Assembly: GCF_006345805.1 (NCBI RefSeq)
Contig: NC_042998.1
Span: 49,786,001-49,850,000, forward strand
DNA length: 64,000 nucleotides
Source: Octopus sinensis
Taxonomy: Eukaryota
Direction: 5' to 3'
Shown here: one piece after another, positions 1-12,974 of the stretch
Layout of the letters: every line of letters begins with the position of its first letter
Numbering within the stretch: the stretch's first letter is position 1
Made by a program: the position numbers and the translations under genes
The notes under the pieces: generated by a model
Told to the model about the DNA's origin: nothing
The model's database searches: none
What the model saw: the letters and a program-made list of their open reading frames with translations, nothing else

Positions 1-225
1 GGAGCGATGCGAGCCAGAAATTCGGCACCCTATCTTTACGGGGGGATTTCCAATTATGGGCCTTCGTGAGTGCCTTTCTTAGGGCTATTGTGATGTCTTC
101 CCATGCTTGTTGTAAATTTTGGTAGGATCCTTCAGTTGTATAATCCAGTCTGCATTTATGTTGTACGTCTTCTTGTCACTCCAAATCCTTTTCCAAAAGT
201 TTTGAACTTCTTCCAAAAGTTTTGA

Positions 226-230
<5 letters not shown>
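1..230 (-). mobile_element. R4/Dong-type non-LTR retrotransposon fragment (pre-RT region), 5'-truncated, continues off the left edge
   Basis: Minus-strand translation, with one frameshift, gives EVQNFWKRIWSD...KAHNWKSPRKDRVPNFWL. This matches the FW..IW and NWKxPGxDx(I/V)xNFW motifs seen in the other Dong copies here. Confidence 0.8.
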
Positions 231-256
<26 letters not shown>

Positions 257-378
257 CTTCTTCTTCTTCTTCTTCTTCTTCTTCTTCTTCTTCTTCTTCT
301 TCTTCTTCTTCTTCTTCTTCTTCTTCTTCTCTTCTTCTTCTTCTCTTCTTCTTCTCTTCTTCTTATTATTATTATTAT
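226..378. repeat. (CTT)n microsatellite grading into (TTA)n
   Basis: Direct reading. Confidence 0.98.
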
Positions 379-381
379 TAA

Positions 382-879
<498 letters not shown>

Positions 880-880
880 G

Positions 881-1085
881 GCAGCGAGCTGGCGAATCAT
901 TAGCGCGCTGGATGAAATGCTTAGCGGTATTTCGCCCGTCACTGCGTTCTGAGTCCACATTCTGCCGAGGTCGACCTTGCTTTTCATGCTCTCGGGGTCG
1001 ATAAGTTAAGTGCCAGCTGAGTACTGGGGTCGACTACTCCCTTCCCAAATTTGAGGCCTTGTGCCTATAGTAGGAAGGATTATTA
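881..1085 (+). mobile_element. Type M SINE monomer
   Basis: GGCAGCGAGCTGGC head, central domain and (ATT)n tail. Duplicated at ~2015-2225. Confidence 0.88.
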
Positions 1086-1107
1086 TTATTATTAGTAGTA
1101 GTAGTTA

Positions 1108-1320
1108 TACTTTTCTACTCAAGGCACAAGGTTCGAAATTTTGAGGGAGGGAGCCAGTCGATTAGATCGACCCCAGTACGCAACTGGTACTTAATTTATC
1201 GACGCCGAAAGAATAAAAGACAAAGCTGACCCCAGCAGAATTTGAACTCAGAATGTAAAGACAGATGAAATGCCGCTAAGCATTTTGCCCAGCGTGGTAA
1301 CGTTTCTGCCAGCTCCCCGC
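1108..1320 (-). mobile_element. Type M SINE monomer (reverse)
   Basis: Reverse complement of the same head, core and tail. Duplicated at ~2245-2455. Confidence 0.88.
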
Positions 1321-1340
1321 TTTATTAGTACTATTATTAA

Positions 1341-1620
1341 GGCGGCCAGCTGGTAGAATCATTAGCACGCCGGGCGAAATGCTTAGCGGTATTTCGTCTG
1401 CCGTTACGTTCTGAGTTCAAATTCTGCCGAGGTTGACTTTGCCTTTCATCCTTTCGGGGTTGATTAAATAAGTACCAGTTACGCACTGGGGTCGATAGAA
1501 TCGACTTACTCCGTTTGTCTGTCCTTGTTTGTCCCTTCTGTGTTTAGCCCCTTGCGGGTAGCAAGAAATAAGTATTTCGTCTGTCATTACGTTCTGAGTT
1601 CAATTCCGCCGAGGTCGACT
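1341..1620 (+). mobile_element. Type M SINE, dimeric
   Basis: Same head and core. Duplicated at ~2472-2768, where the second unit is truncated. Confidence 0.85.
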
Positions 1621-2779
1621 TTGCCTTTCATCCTTCGGGGTCGATTAAATAGTACCAGTTATGCACTAGGGTCGATGTAATCGACTTAATCCGTTTTATG
1701 TCCTTGTTTGTTCCCTCTGTGGTTAGCCCCTTGTGGTAGTAAAGAATAGGTATTTCGTCGTCGCTACGTTCTGAATTCAAATTCCTCCGAGGTCAACTTC
1801 ACCTTTTATCCTTTCGGGGTTGATAAATTAAGTACCAGTTACATGCTGGGATCGATGTAATCGACTAGCCCCGTCCCCCCCAATTTTAAGCCTTGTGCCT
1901 TTAGTAGAAAGGATTATAATAATAATAATAAAAAATAATAATAATAATAATAATATAATAATAATTATATTATTATTATTATTATATTATTATTATTATT
2001 ATTATTATTATTAAGGCAGCGAGCTGGCGAATCATTAGGCGCTGGATGAAATGCTTAGCGGTATTTCGCCCGTCACTGCGTTCTGAGTCCACATTCTGCC
2101 GAGGTCGACCTTGCTTTTCATGCTCTCGGGGTCGATAAGTTAAGTGCCAGCTGAGTACTGGGGTCGACTACTCCCTTCCCAAATTTGAGGCCTTGTGCTA
2201 TAGTAGGAAGGATTATTATTATTATTAGTAGTAGTAGTTATACTTTTCTACTCAAGGCACAGGTTCGAAATTTTGAGGAGGGAGCCAGTCGATTAGATCG
2301 ACCCCAGTACGCAACTGGTACTTAATTTATCGACGCCGAAAGAATAAAAGACAAAGCTGACCCCAGCAGAATTTGAACTCAGAATGTAAAGACAGATGAA
2401 ATGCGCTAAGCATTTTGCCAGCGTGGTAACGTTTCTGCCAGCTTCCCCCGCTTTATTAGTACTATTATTAAGGCGGCCAGCTGGTAGAATCATTAGCACG
2501 CCGGGCGAATGCTTAGCGGTATTTCGTCTGCCGTTACGTTCTGAGTTCAAATTCTGCCGAGGTTGACTTTGCCTTCATCCTTTCGGGGTGATTAAATAAG
2601 TACCAGTTACGCACTGGGGTCGATAGAATCGACTTACTCCGTTTGTCTGTCCTTGTTTGTCCCTTCTGTGTTTAGCCCCTTGCGGGTAGCAAGAAATAAG
2701 TATTTCGTCTGTCATTACGTTCTGAGTTCAAATTCCGCCGAGGTCGACTTTGCCTTTCATCCTTTCGGATGAGTCGACA

Positions 2780-3131
2780 ACAACAACACAACAACAAAAA
2801 GCAGGGGAATAGAAACAGAAATTGAGCCCATGGAGACAAAACAGGCAGGTGTTACACTAAAGGTGGTAGTGGGGGGTAGCAGCAGCATCAGTGGCGGAAG
2901 CTACAGCAGCAGGAGCAACAACAACTACAAGAGAACCAGAACAAACAGCACTACAAGAAAACATACAAGACACGGACTCCTCCACGCATCCAAGTGATGA
3001 TGATGATGAGGTCCAAAAAGCAAAATTAAAAAAGAAACCCAAAAACATGAAAGATACAGAAAAAAGGGATAAATCCAAGAAACGGCAAACACAGACACAC
3101 CGATGACATCACCAACACTACAAATACCACA
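2780..3131 (+). mobile_element. Possible ORF1/ORF2 junction of an L1/Tx1- or I-type LINE
   Basis: A low-complexity acidic/basic ORF ends ...KKRQTQTHR* (TGA 3104-3106), overlapping an ATG at 3103 that reads MTSPTLQIPHN, which resembles an APE-endonuclease N-terminus. Confidence 0.35.
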
Positions 3132-4150
3132 CAATACAGTGTCAGCTGTTCACTACTAGTGAACTAAGGTAACACGTCTTATTTTTCGAGCACCTTCCGG
3201 AGTATTCGATTGGTTCCAAGCAGTGTTGTTTTCTGCAAGTGCTCCACCCTTATTGCAGCCCCTATTTGTTCCACGTACTTCTCGAGACTTTTGCTCACTG
3301 TTCCCAGGGCTCCGACAATTATTGGTACTACTGCTACCTTTCTCATCGACAACAACTGCTTAGCTTCCCAAGCTAACCTGTCATATCTCTCGACTTTTCT
3401 TTCTTCCTTATCGCATACCTTGTTGTCAGCTGGGCATGCTATGTCTATGATCCAGCATAGTTTGTTTTATTTCTCAATTAAGACTATGTCTGGCTTCCTA
3501 TTCTATATCTCATGGTCGCACTGAGTCATAAAATCCCATAGGATCTTTACATTTCTATTTTCAACGATGCCTTCAGGTTTGTGGTCGTACCAATTTTTTG
3601 CCCTGTCAAGTCCATACTTGTTGCAAAGTGTCCAATGGATAAGCCTGGCTATATTGTCGTGGTGTCTCTTATATTCCTTCAGGTGCATTGGCTTGTAATA
3701 TTACCAGACGGTTTCACCATTTTGTCCACAGATTCTGCACTTATCACTTTCTGCTGTGTTGTCTATTCTGTATTTTATGTAGTTTATTCTTAGTGCTTGC
3801 TCTTGGGCAGCACAGATTAGAGCCTCCGTTTCCTGTTTTAAATCACTTTTAGTCATCCACAGCCATCTTTTTTCTCTGTCTATCTTCAACATCCCTATGA
3901 AATTGACCATGCATTCTTTTCTTTACCCACTTATTTTCAGTTTCATTCGTTTTCAATTTCTTGTATAGTGCTTTATATTCGCAATCTTTCATCCTACACA
4001 AGCCTGACCTTCTTACTTCTAATAATAGCAGTTCTGTATCATTTTTTTACATATCATACTATTTTGTTTTCTTCTGCTCTAATGCTGTGTTCGCATCCAA
4101 TAAGTTCTCTTCCCCCTCTTTTTCTTGTCTGTGTCACTTTTTGGGTGGAG
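3132..4150 (-). mobile_element. R4/Dong-type retrotransposon, 5'-truncated (family C): thumb, CCHC knuckle and RLE region
   Basis: GGRELIGCE, ETEALICAAQEQALRINY, CRICGQNGETVW, KRHHDNIARLIHW and KILWDF motifs; stops and frameshifts present. Confidence 0.9.
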
Positions 4151-4683
4151 TGACCCATGTATAGGCTGCTGGACGTGACAGCGGCTAGACGTGTTCTTCG
4201 CTGCTCTGACCTATCAGCAGCTGAAGACACAGAAACACTAATACAACCCAGCAGGACAACTGAAAAAGTAACTGTAAAAGACTGGAATAGCCATAGTTTC
4301 CTGTGAGTATTTTGAACTTCTCTCAAAATAAGTTAAGGAACTTACATATCTACAGCTTTCGAACACATAAACAATCAGTTTTAAAACCTTTGATATCTAA
4401 ACATCCTCTTTATTCCAAGAACACTACAGTTTTCTCTGTTCGGACAGACAAAAGATTATCTCCAGTAAATTTTAAAAACTTCATATCTACAATTTTCTGT
4501 GAAAAAATTTTAACTTCCTTTTCTTTCGGTTCCTTTTCCCCTGAATATTAGAAAATGTAGACATCCTTTTTATTGTAACAAAAAAAAAAAAATAACAAAA
4601 TACACCACAGTTTTCTCTGAACGAACACATAAACGAACACCTCAAAAAATTTAGAAACTTTAATATCTCCAATTTTGTGTGAA

Positions 4684-4733
<50 letters not shown>

Positions 4734-4758
4734 GATCATGATCATCATCTCTCATCAT

Positions 4759-4805
<47 letters not shown>

Positions 4806-4827
4806 ATCATCATCATCATCATCATCA

Positions 4828-4862
<35 letters not shown>

Positions 4863-5086
4863 TCATTATTATTATTATTATTATTATTTATTATTATTAT
4901 TATTATATTTTTATTGTTATTGTTATTATTATTGTTATTGTTATTGTTATTGTTATTGTTATTATTATTATTATTATATTATTATTATTATATTATTATT
5001 ATAATTATTATTATTATTATTATTATTATCATTATTATTATTATTATTATTATCATTATTATTATTATTATTATTAATTATTATTA

Positions 5087-5126
<40 letters not shown>

Positions 5127-5143
5127 TATTATATATTATTATT
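4684..5143. repeat. Compound (TTA)n/(TCA)n/(TTG)n microsatellite
   Basis: Direct reading. Confidence 0.97.
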
Positions 5144-6483
5144 CAGTAGTTTTATTTTTTTTTATAGCGTGCTTTCACTTCACTACCGAGCGCAGCTCTG
5201 TGTGCCTTGGGTATGTGCTGTGATTTGTTGTGATGCTCTGATGGTTATTGTATGGAAAGTGTTTTGCGTAGGATGTGTGCAGTGCCTAGTAGTGCAATTT
5301 TCTGTATGTTATATGTGTTTGTAAGTCCTGGTGTTTTTGTTATGTATTTGTCTGAATATTTTTTTATCATGCCTAATGCACCTACTATGATAGGAATTGT
5401 TTCTGTTTTCAGATTCCACATTCTAGTTACCTCTATTTCCAGGTCTTTGTATTTTGAGAGTTTCTCCATTTCTTTTTCCAGCTGTATAAGGCCTCTACCA
5501 CCTTCTATACGTTGTATATATAGTCTTTCTATGTCAGATTTTGGGTGATGCATCCTAGATCCTGTCATTATTTTTCTTGTTTTCCTGTCTATTTTGGCCA
5601 GTTCATTTCGTGTCCAGTTAAGGATATTGTAGCTGTAACTTATAACTGGGACAGCTAAAGTGTTGATACCTATTATCTTGTTTTTAGCATTGAGCTCTGT
5701 TTTTAGTATTGATCTAACTCGTCTATAATATTCTTTTTTTATTTTCTCTTTCATTTGTGTGTGTTGTGTCTTATCTAGTTCATGGATTCCTAAGTATTTG
5801 TAAGTTTGGCTTTGGTCTAATTCTTTTATTTCATTTGCTTCATCTAGTGTGATGTTGTTACTCTTAACTAGTTTTCCTCTTTTCATGGTTACTTTGGCGC
5901 ATTTTTCTAATCCAAAATTTCATATCTATTTCTTTGGTAAATCTATGAACTGTCTTTAATAGTGTTTCCAGCTGTTTGTCATTTGCAGCGTATAGTTTTA
6001 GGTCATCCATATATAAAAGGTGGCTGATCGTTTTGCCGTAACATTTATATCCGCATCCAGTTCTATTTAGCATATCAGATAGAGGTGACAGTGCCAAGCA
6101 GAAAAGGAGTGGAGAGAGCGTATCTCCTTGGAATATTCCTCTTCTAATGGGGATGTCTTTGGTTTTCATGAGTCCCTCTTTTGTTTGGAGGTGTAGGACT
6201 GTTTGCCATTTATTCATAGAGTGCTCTATGAATTTTATGATTGTTGGTGCTACTTTGTTAATGGCTAGTGTTTCGAGGATCCATGTGTGGGGGATGCTAT
6301 CAAACGCCTTTTTGTAGTCAATCCAGGCCATACTGAGGCCTTTCTTCTTTCTGTGGCTGTCTTCAGTTATGGCTTTATAATCATTAGTTGATCTTTACAG
6401 CCATATGAGCCTTTGCGGCATCCTTTCTGCTCTTCTGGGAACAGTTTGTTTTCGTCCAGGTGCTTGTTCAGCCTTTGTGATAT
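5144..6483 (-). mobile_element. R4/Dong-type retrotransposon copy A1 (RT core to 3' UTR, 5'-truncated, internal deletion)
   Basis: RT motifs WIDYKKAFDSIPH, GIFQGDTLSPLLF, HLLYMDDLKL and YKYLG; C-terminal KYKDLEIEV...LLGTAHILRKTL; 3' UTR runs into (TAA)n. Confidence 0.95.
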
Positions 6484-6546
6484 TATTATTATTTATTATT
6501 ATTATTGTTGTTGTGTTGTTGTGTTGTTGTTGTTGTTGCTGCGTTG

Positions 6547-6579
<33 letters not shown>

Positions 6580-6586
6580 GTTATAG

Positions 6587-6617
<31 letters not shown>

Positions 6618-6745
6618 GTTGTTGTTGTTATTATTTATTATTATTATATTATATTATTATCATTATTATATTATTATCATTATTATCATTCATTATTATT
6701 ATTATTATTATTATATTATTATTATTATATTATATTATTATTATT
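6484..6745. repeat. Compound (TTA)n/(TTG)n microsatellite between A1 and A2
   Basis: Direct reading. Confidence 0.97.
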
Positions 6746-9108
6746 CAGTAGTTTTATTTTTATAGCGTGCTCTCACTGCACTACCGAGCGCAGCTCTGTG
6801 TGCCTTGGGTATGTGCTGTGATTTGTTGTGATGCTCTGATGGTATTGTATGGAAAGTGTTCTGCGTAGGATGTGTGCAGTGCCTAGTAGTGCAATTTTCT
6901 GTATGTTTATAGTGTTTGTAAGTCCTGGTGTTTTTGTTATGTATTTGTCTGAATACTTTTTTATCATGCCTAATGCACCTACTATGATAAGAAATGTTTC
7001 TGTTTTCAGATTCCACATTCTAGTTACCTCTATTTCCAGGTCTTTGTATTTTGAGAGTTTTCCATTTCTTTTAGAGACACGTTGTCATCTGCCGGTATTG
7101 ATACATCAATTAGAAAGCATTTTTTCTTCATGATCTCTGACAACTATATCTGGTCTGTTGGCCTTAATTTCTCTATCTGTGTGTATCGGCATATCCCAGA
7201 GTATGGTTGCTTTCTCGTTTTCTGTGACCTTTTCTGGTGTGTGTGCCTAACATCTTTTTCTGTTGTTATTCCATAATGTTGGCATAGCTTCCAATGTATG
7301 TAGGTTCCAACTCTGTCATGTCTGTGAATATATTCCTTCTTAGCCAGGACTGGACAGCTAGAGATAATATGATTTATTGTTTCTTGTCCATCTCCACATA
7401 TTCTGCAGTTACTTGTAATATTTCTTTTCATTATATGTTTTGGTAATTTCTGGTGGGGAGGCTTTGGTCTTGTGCTGCAATTAAAAATCCCTCTGTTTCT
7501 GCTTTGAGTCCTGAGCTTCTCAACCATTGCTGGGATTTTTCTTTGTCTATTTATTTTGCGTTTAGTTTAGTGCAGTGTTTACCATGAAGGGGCTTTCTTG
7601 CCATCGTTTTATCATGGCTCGTTGCTGTTCTATTTTTTGTTTGGATTTCATTCTTTTATAGCTTTTGTTGTTTCTTCATTCCTTCTTCTTCTTTTTTGTG
7701 TTTATTAGGTGGTATGATTTCTTGTTTGTATTTTCAGCTTCCTTAAATACTGAGAACAGTTTTTTGTTTTGCTCGTGTTTTGCTGCTATATGGATCAGTT
7801 TTCCTTCCTTCTGAAGTAGGTATTTTTGCAGTCCTATGGTGGTTATTTTATAGTAGTTTTCCAGCTGTATAAGGCCTCTACCCCTTCTATACGTTGTATA
7901 TATAGTCTTTCTATGTCAGATTTTGGGTGATGCATCCTAGATCCTGTCAGTATTTTTCGTTTTCCTATCTATTTTGGACAGTTCATTTCGTGTCCAGTTA
8001 AGGATATTGTAGCTGTAATTTATAACTGGGACAGCTAAAGTGTTGATACCTATTATCTTGTTTTAGCATTGAGCTCTGTTTTTAGTATTGATCTAACTCG
8101 TCTATAATATTCTTTTTTTATTTTCTCTTTCATTTGTGTGTGTTGTGTCTTATCTAGTTCATGGATTCCTAAGTATTTGTAAGTTTGGCTTTGGTCTAAT
8201 TCTTTTATTTCATTGGTTTTATCTAGTGTGATGTTGTTACTCTTAACTAGTTTTCCTCTTTTCATGGTTACTTTGGCGCATTTTTCTAATCCAAATTCAT
8301 ATCTATTTCTTTGGTAAATCCATGAACTGTCTTTAATAGTGTTTCCAGCTGTTTGTCATTTGCAGCGTATAGTGTTAGGTCATCCATATATAAAAGGTGG
8401 CTGATCGTTTTGCCGTAAATTTATATCCGCATCCAGTTCTATTTAGCATATCAGATAGAGGTGACAGTGCCAAGCAGAAAAGGAGTGGAGAGAGCGTGTC
8501 TCCCTAGAATATCCTCTTCTAATGGGGATGTCTTTGGTTTTCATGAGTCCTTTTTGTTTGGAGGTGTAGGACTGTTTGCCATTTATTCATAGAGTGCTCT
8601 ATGAATTTTATGATTGTTGGTGCTACTTGTTAATGGCTAGTGTTTCGAGGATCCATGTGTGTGGGATGCTATCAAACACCTTATTGTAGTCAATCCAGGC
8701 CATACTGAGGCCTTTCTTCTTTCTGTGGCTGTCTTCAGTTACGGCTTTATTAATCATTAGTTGGTCTTTACAGCCATATGAGCCTTTGCGGCATCCTTTC
8801 TGCTCTTCTGGGAACAGTTTGTTTTCGTCCAGGTGCTTGTTCAGCCTTTGCGATATCACTGCAGTAAATGCCTTGAACATAGTAGGGAGGCAGGTTATTG
8901 GTCTGTAGGTTTCTGGTTTTGTTGTTTCCTTTGATTTGGGAATTAAGATGGTTTTCCCCTTCGTGAGCCATTCAGGCATTGTCTCTGGCTCTGCTAGTAT
9001 ACTGTTAACGTTTTCAGCCAGCTTTTTGTGCATTCCTGTTAGATATTTCAACCAGAAGTTGGGGATCTTGTCATGCCCAGGTACCTTCCAGTTGCTTAGT
9101 TTTTGCAG
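6746..9108 (-). mobile_element. R4/Dong-type retrotransposon copy A2 (RT, CCHC knuckle, RLE, 3' UTR; 5'-truncated)
   Basis: NWKVPGHDKIPNFWLKY, YRPITCLPT, EQKGC, YMDDL, CRICGDGQETINHIISSC and RPD..D-type RLE motifs. Near-identical to A1 where they overlap; both ends lie in (TAA)n. Many 1-nt indels. Confidence 0.95.
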
Positions 9109-9132
9109 TTATTATTATTATTATTATTATTA

Positions 9133-9177
<45 letters not shown>

Positions 9178-9178
<1 letters not shown>

Positions 9179-11838
9179 TCCTTTATATTCCTCTTGATGC
9201 CTTCTGACACTGTTCCCAAGGACCCAAATATAATTGGCACTATCTTCACCTTCTTTATTTTCCATAGCCGGGGCTATTTTGTACTTAAGAGGGTTGTATC
9301 TATCTATCGCCTTCTTTCTTGACTATTCGTGAGTCAAAGGGGCAAGCAACTTCAGCTATACAGCATAGGTGGTACTTGTCCGGTCTGTTATGCTCTAGCA
9401 CCTGATCTGTTTTGATTGGGAAATCCCAGAGGATTTTGCTAGTCTCCGACTCTGTCACTCTCTGCTTTACCACATCTTGCCTCTCTCTAGCCCCTACTTT
9501 TCGCATAGTTTCCAACGTCGCACTTTCGCTACCTAGTCATGTCACCACAACTTGTAATGGTTTTGGGTAAGTCTAGGGCATTCGTTCGTGATATGGGCAA
9601 TGGTTTCATCCACCCTGTTGCAGATGCGGCACAGCATCTCATTCCTCAGGTTGAAGCTCCAGTTCGTGGCCAAAGCCTGGTCCTGCGCTGCGAGTATAGT
9701 GTTCTCGGTCTCTTTTTTTAGGGTTTCTTTCATCAGCCAATCCTACCTGTTTTTTCCAACAACTTAAGTTGTGCTACATGGAATTGATTGTGTAGTCCCT
9801 TCTTGCGTAATTCTTCTTCATGTCCTTTTTGTACTTCTTCCTTTGTTTTCCATTTTTTCTCTGCTCTCAATACTCCCTCGTTCCTAACTGTTACTAATGA
9901 GGTTTTCTTACTTTGGGCTAGGTATCTCATTAAGCTATCGAGTTCAATACGCACGCAGCCTTCTACACTTATCAGTCCCTTTCATCCATTTGCTTTCTTC
10001 CTGTATCGGCGATCAGTTCTGTAGGTGGATGAAGGGCTCCATGCATCGTTAGAAACTTTCTCGACTTCCTGTCCAGCTCCTTTATTTCCTTCTCTGTTCA
10101 CTTCAGGATTCCAGCGCCATACCGAACCACTGCGACTGCGCGCGAGTTTATTGCCGAAATTATTTTTCTAGCATTCAGCTTTGAAACCAATATTTTTCTC
10201 ACTCGCCGCAGGTACTCTCCTTTTGTCTTTTCCTTCATATCGTGGTGTTTGATTTCATCTACCTCAAGTATTCCCAGGTACTTATAACTGGATTGAGGCT
10301 GAATTGCATTCATCATTTCCCCCTTGGTTACCATATACCTTCTGTCCCGACATGCTTTTCTCGTCTCATTACTATCGTATCATGTTGAGAGTCCAATCTC
10401 CATCTTAATATCATTGGAGAAAATCCGTACATTCTGGATTAGGCTGTCCAGTTCTGCCTCAGTTTTTGTGAATAGTTTCAGGTCGTCCATGAATAGCAAG
10501 TGGTTTAGTTTTCCCTTAACTCTTCCCATATCATATCCCAACTTTGTTTTCTCTAGTATTTCACTCAAGCGGATCATTCTCAATACGAATATCAGTGGGG
10601 ACACACTGTCCTCCTGGAAGATTCCTCTCTTGATTTTCACATCTCCTGATACTTACTTCTTTGCTGTCAATTCCGTTCTCCAGTATTTCATGCTATTACA
10701 TATAAGGCTTCTCATATTCTCTGCTACTCCATACATTTACATTGTTCTTATTATTCAGGAGTGTGGTATCATATCAAATGCTTTGCGATAGTCAACCAAT
10801 GTCATGTTCAGGTTTGTATGTCTATTCTTGCAGTTCCTGATTAAATTATCAATTAAGAGGTGATCCTTCGTTCCTCGTTTCCTTTTTCGGCACCTTTTCT
10901 GTTCAATAGGTAGCAGCCCACTATTTCTTAATATCTGTACAGTTCACCGGCCAAAGCACCTGGCACTAGTTTCCACATTAGTGGAAGGTATGTTTTTGGT
11001 CTCAAGTTGGATACAACATTTCCCTTTTCAGGATCCTTGGCACACAACAAAGTCTTTCCCTTTGTCATCCAGCTGGGTATTGCGTCTTCCTGCAAGCACT
11101 CATCCGATTCTGGGCTCTTCTAATTTGGCAATTTTCTTAATTGATTTTTTAAAAAAATCATTTATGTAGTTATTTTTATGTCTTCTTGGACTTCTATATT
11201 TCTTAACCTATCTTGGATTTCATGCAGCCAGTCTATTTCATCATTATGCTCTACAGGTTGGTCCCAGATCCCTCTCCAGAATGCCCTGCCTTCCTCTGCA
11301 TCTGGTATCATTATTACGTGTATTTGTCCATCTAGTTCCTGAAACAGACTCTTCTGATTTGCTTCAAACAATCTGTCTTGCCTGAAGTGTCTTTTCCTAT
11401 TGTCACATCTTTCCAGTTTTGCTTTGATTGCTACTAAACTTTGTTTCAATTCTTCCAATATCACATGATAACCTTTATCTTTTATTCTATATATTCTTTT
11501 CAGCATTATTCATATGCTTTCGTCCTGCAATTTCCCCATTTTCTCAATCTATCAGCTTGTCCTAAATGTCTTTTTTAACCTTCTTTGTTTCTCACAAATT
11601 CGTCTACATCAATATTGTTTTTTTTTTTTACTTGTTTCAGTCATTTTGACTGCGGCCATGATGGAGCAACACCTTTAATCGAGCAACTCGACCCCGGGAC
11701 TTATTCTTTTGTAAGCCCAGTACTTATTCTATCGGTCTCTTTTGCCGAACCGCTAAGTGACGGGGACATAAACACACCAGCATTGGTTGTCATGCGATGT
11801 TGGATGGGACAAACACAGACACACAAAATACACGCACA

Positions 11839-11875
<37 letters not shown>

Positions 11876-12620
11876 GACGGGCTTCTTTCAGTTTCCGTCT
11901 ACCAAATCCACTCACAAGGCTTTGGTCGGCCCGAGGCTATAGTAGAAGACACTTGCCCAAGGTGTCACGCAGTGGGGCTGAACCCAGAACCATGTGGTTG
12001 GTTAGCAAGCTACTTACCACGCAGCCACTCCTGCGCCTATGGTTCTTTTCTTTCTGTTTGTTCTCTTCATTTGTATTCAACTCTCTCTGCAGCAACCATA
12101 GCTGCGACCCAAATAATCTTGTTAGTTTCAGTTATATTTCTCGTTTGGAATAGCTCAAGAATCAAATCTATCTTTTCGGTTTCAGCCTTGAGTTTGGTGG
12201 GTGCTTGATCCGGTGTTCTCTAATATATCGGCACAACGTCCTCACTATGTCTTCTTGGTCATCATCGTATTCTTATGATATAGTTCTTCCTATTACTTCT
12301 GCTTCATATGCTGAGAATGCATTTACATTTACACTTTGCTCTACTTCTTCCCTGCTGCCTCTCATTTTTCTGTTCTTACTGGGCACATCATCTGTTGGTG
12401 AAGTATTATTTCTATCTTCTACTTTCCTTTTTATCTCTTCTATTTCCATGTCTGTTAACCACCCTTTAGCCCTTATTGCTGTTGCCTGGTCGGGTAACCG
12501 TTGTTCACTTGTTTCGAAGAGTCCTATCTCATTCCATTTTGCATTCATTCGTTGTCGGAATCCCCTTCTGCTGGGTTCACTCCTGATCTAGCATACAATT
12601 ACCGTTCGGTTTGCCGCCTC
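9178..12620 (-). mobile_element. R4/Dong-type retrotransposon family B, nearly full ORF span, decayed and 3'-truncated
   Basis: N-terminal [10 protein letters not shown]...SEQRL.DQ..I..KGWL, FRQDRLFEANQK, NHLLFMDDLKL, YKYLG, CRIC...ETIAHI..EC, ILWDF and RPD motifs. Sequence ends inside the RLE at the (TAA)n array. Confidence 0.92.
11620..12039 (-). mobile_element. tRNA-headed SINE type C (CORE-like CCTTGGGCAAG motif, internal TA/CA microsatellite) inserted in Dong B
   Basis: Minus strand reads GGCGCAGGAGTGGCTG head, GGTTCAGCCCC B-box-like motif, ACCTTGGGCAAGTG, and tail ATGGCCGCAGTCAAAATGACTGAAACAAGTAAAA. Confidence 0.88.
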
Positions 12621-12674
12621 CTCGTCCTCGTCTTCTCCTCCTCCTCCTCCTCCTCCTCTCATCATCATCATAAA

Positions 12675-12880
12675 GGGGCGAGCTGGCAGAATCGCCAGCA
12701 CACCAGGAAAAAAGCTTGGCGACATTTGGTCTGTCTGAGTTCAAATTCCGCCAAGGTCGACTTAGCCTTTCATCCTTTCGGGGTCGATAAAATAAGTAAC
12801 AGTTGAACACTGGGGTCGATATAATCGACTCATCCCCTCCCCTAAAAATTTCTGCCTCTGTGGCAAACTCTGAAACCATC
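12675..12880 (+). mobile_element. Type M SINE followed by an (ATT)n array to ~13000
   Basis: Head, core and tail as in other copies. Confidence 0.85.
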
Positions 12881-12908
12881 GTCATTATTATTATTATTAT
12901 TATTATTA

Positions 12909-12974
<66 letters not shown>

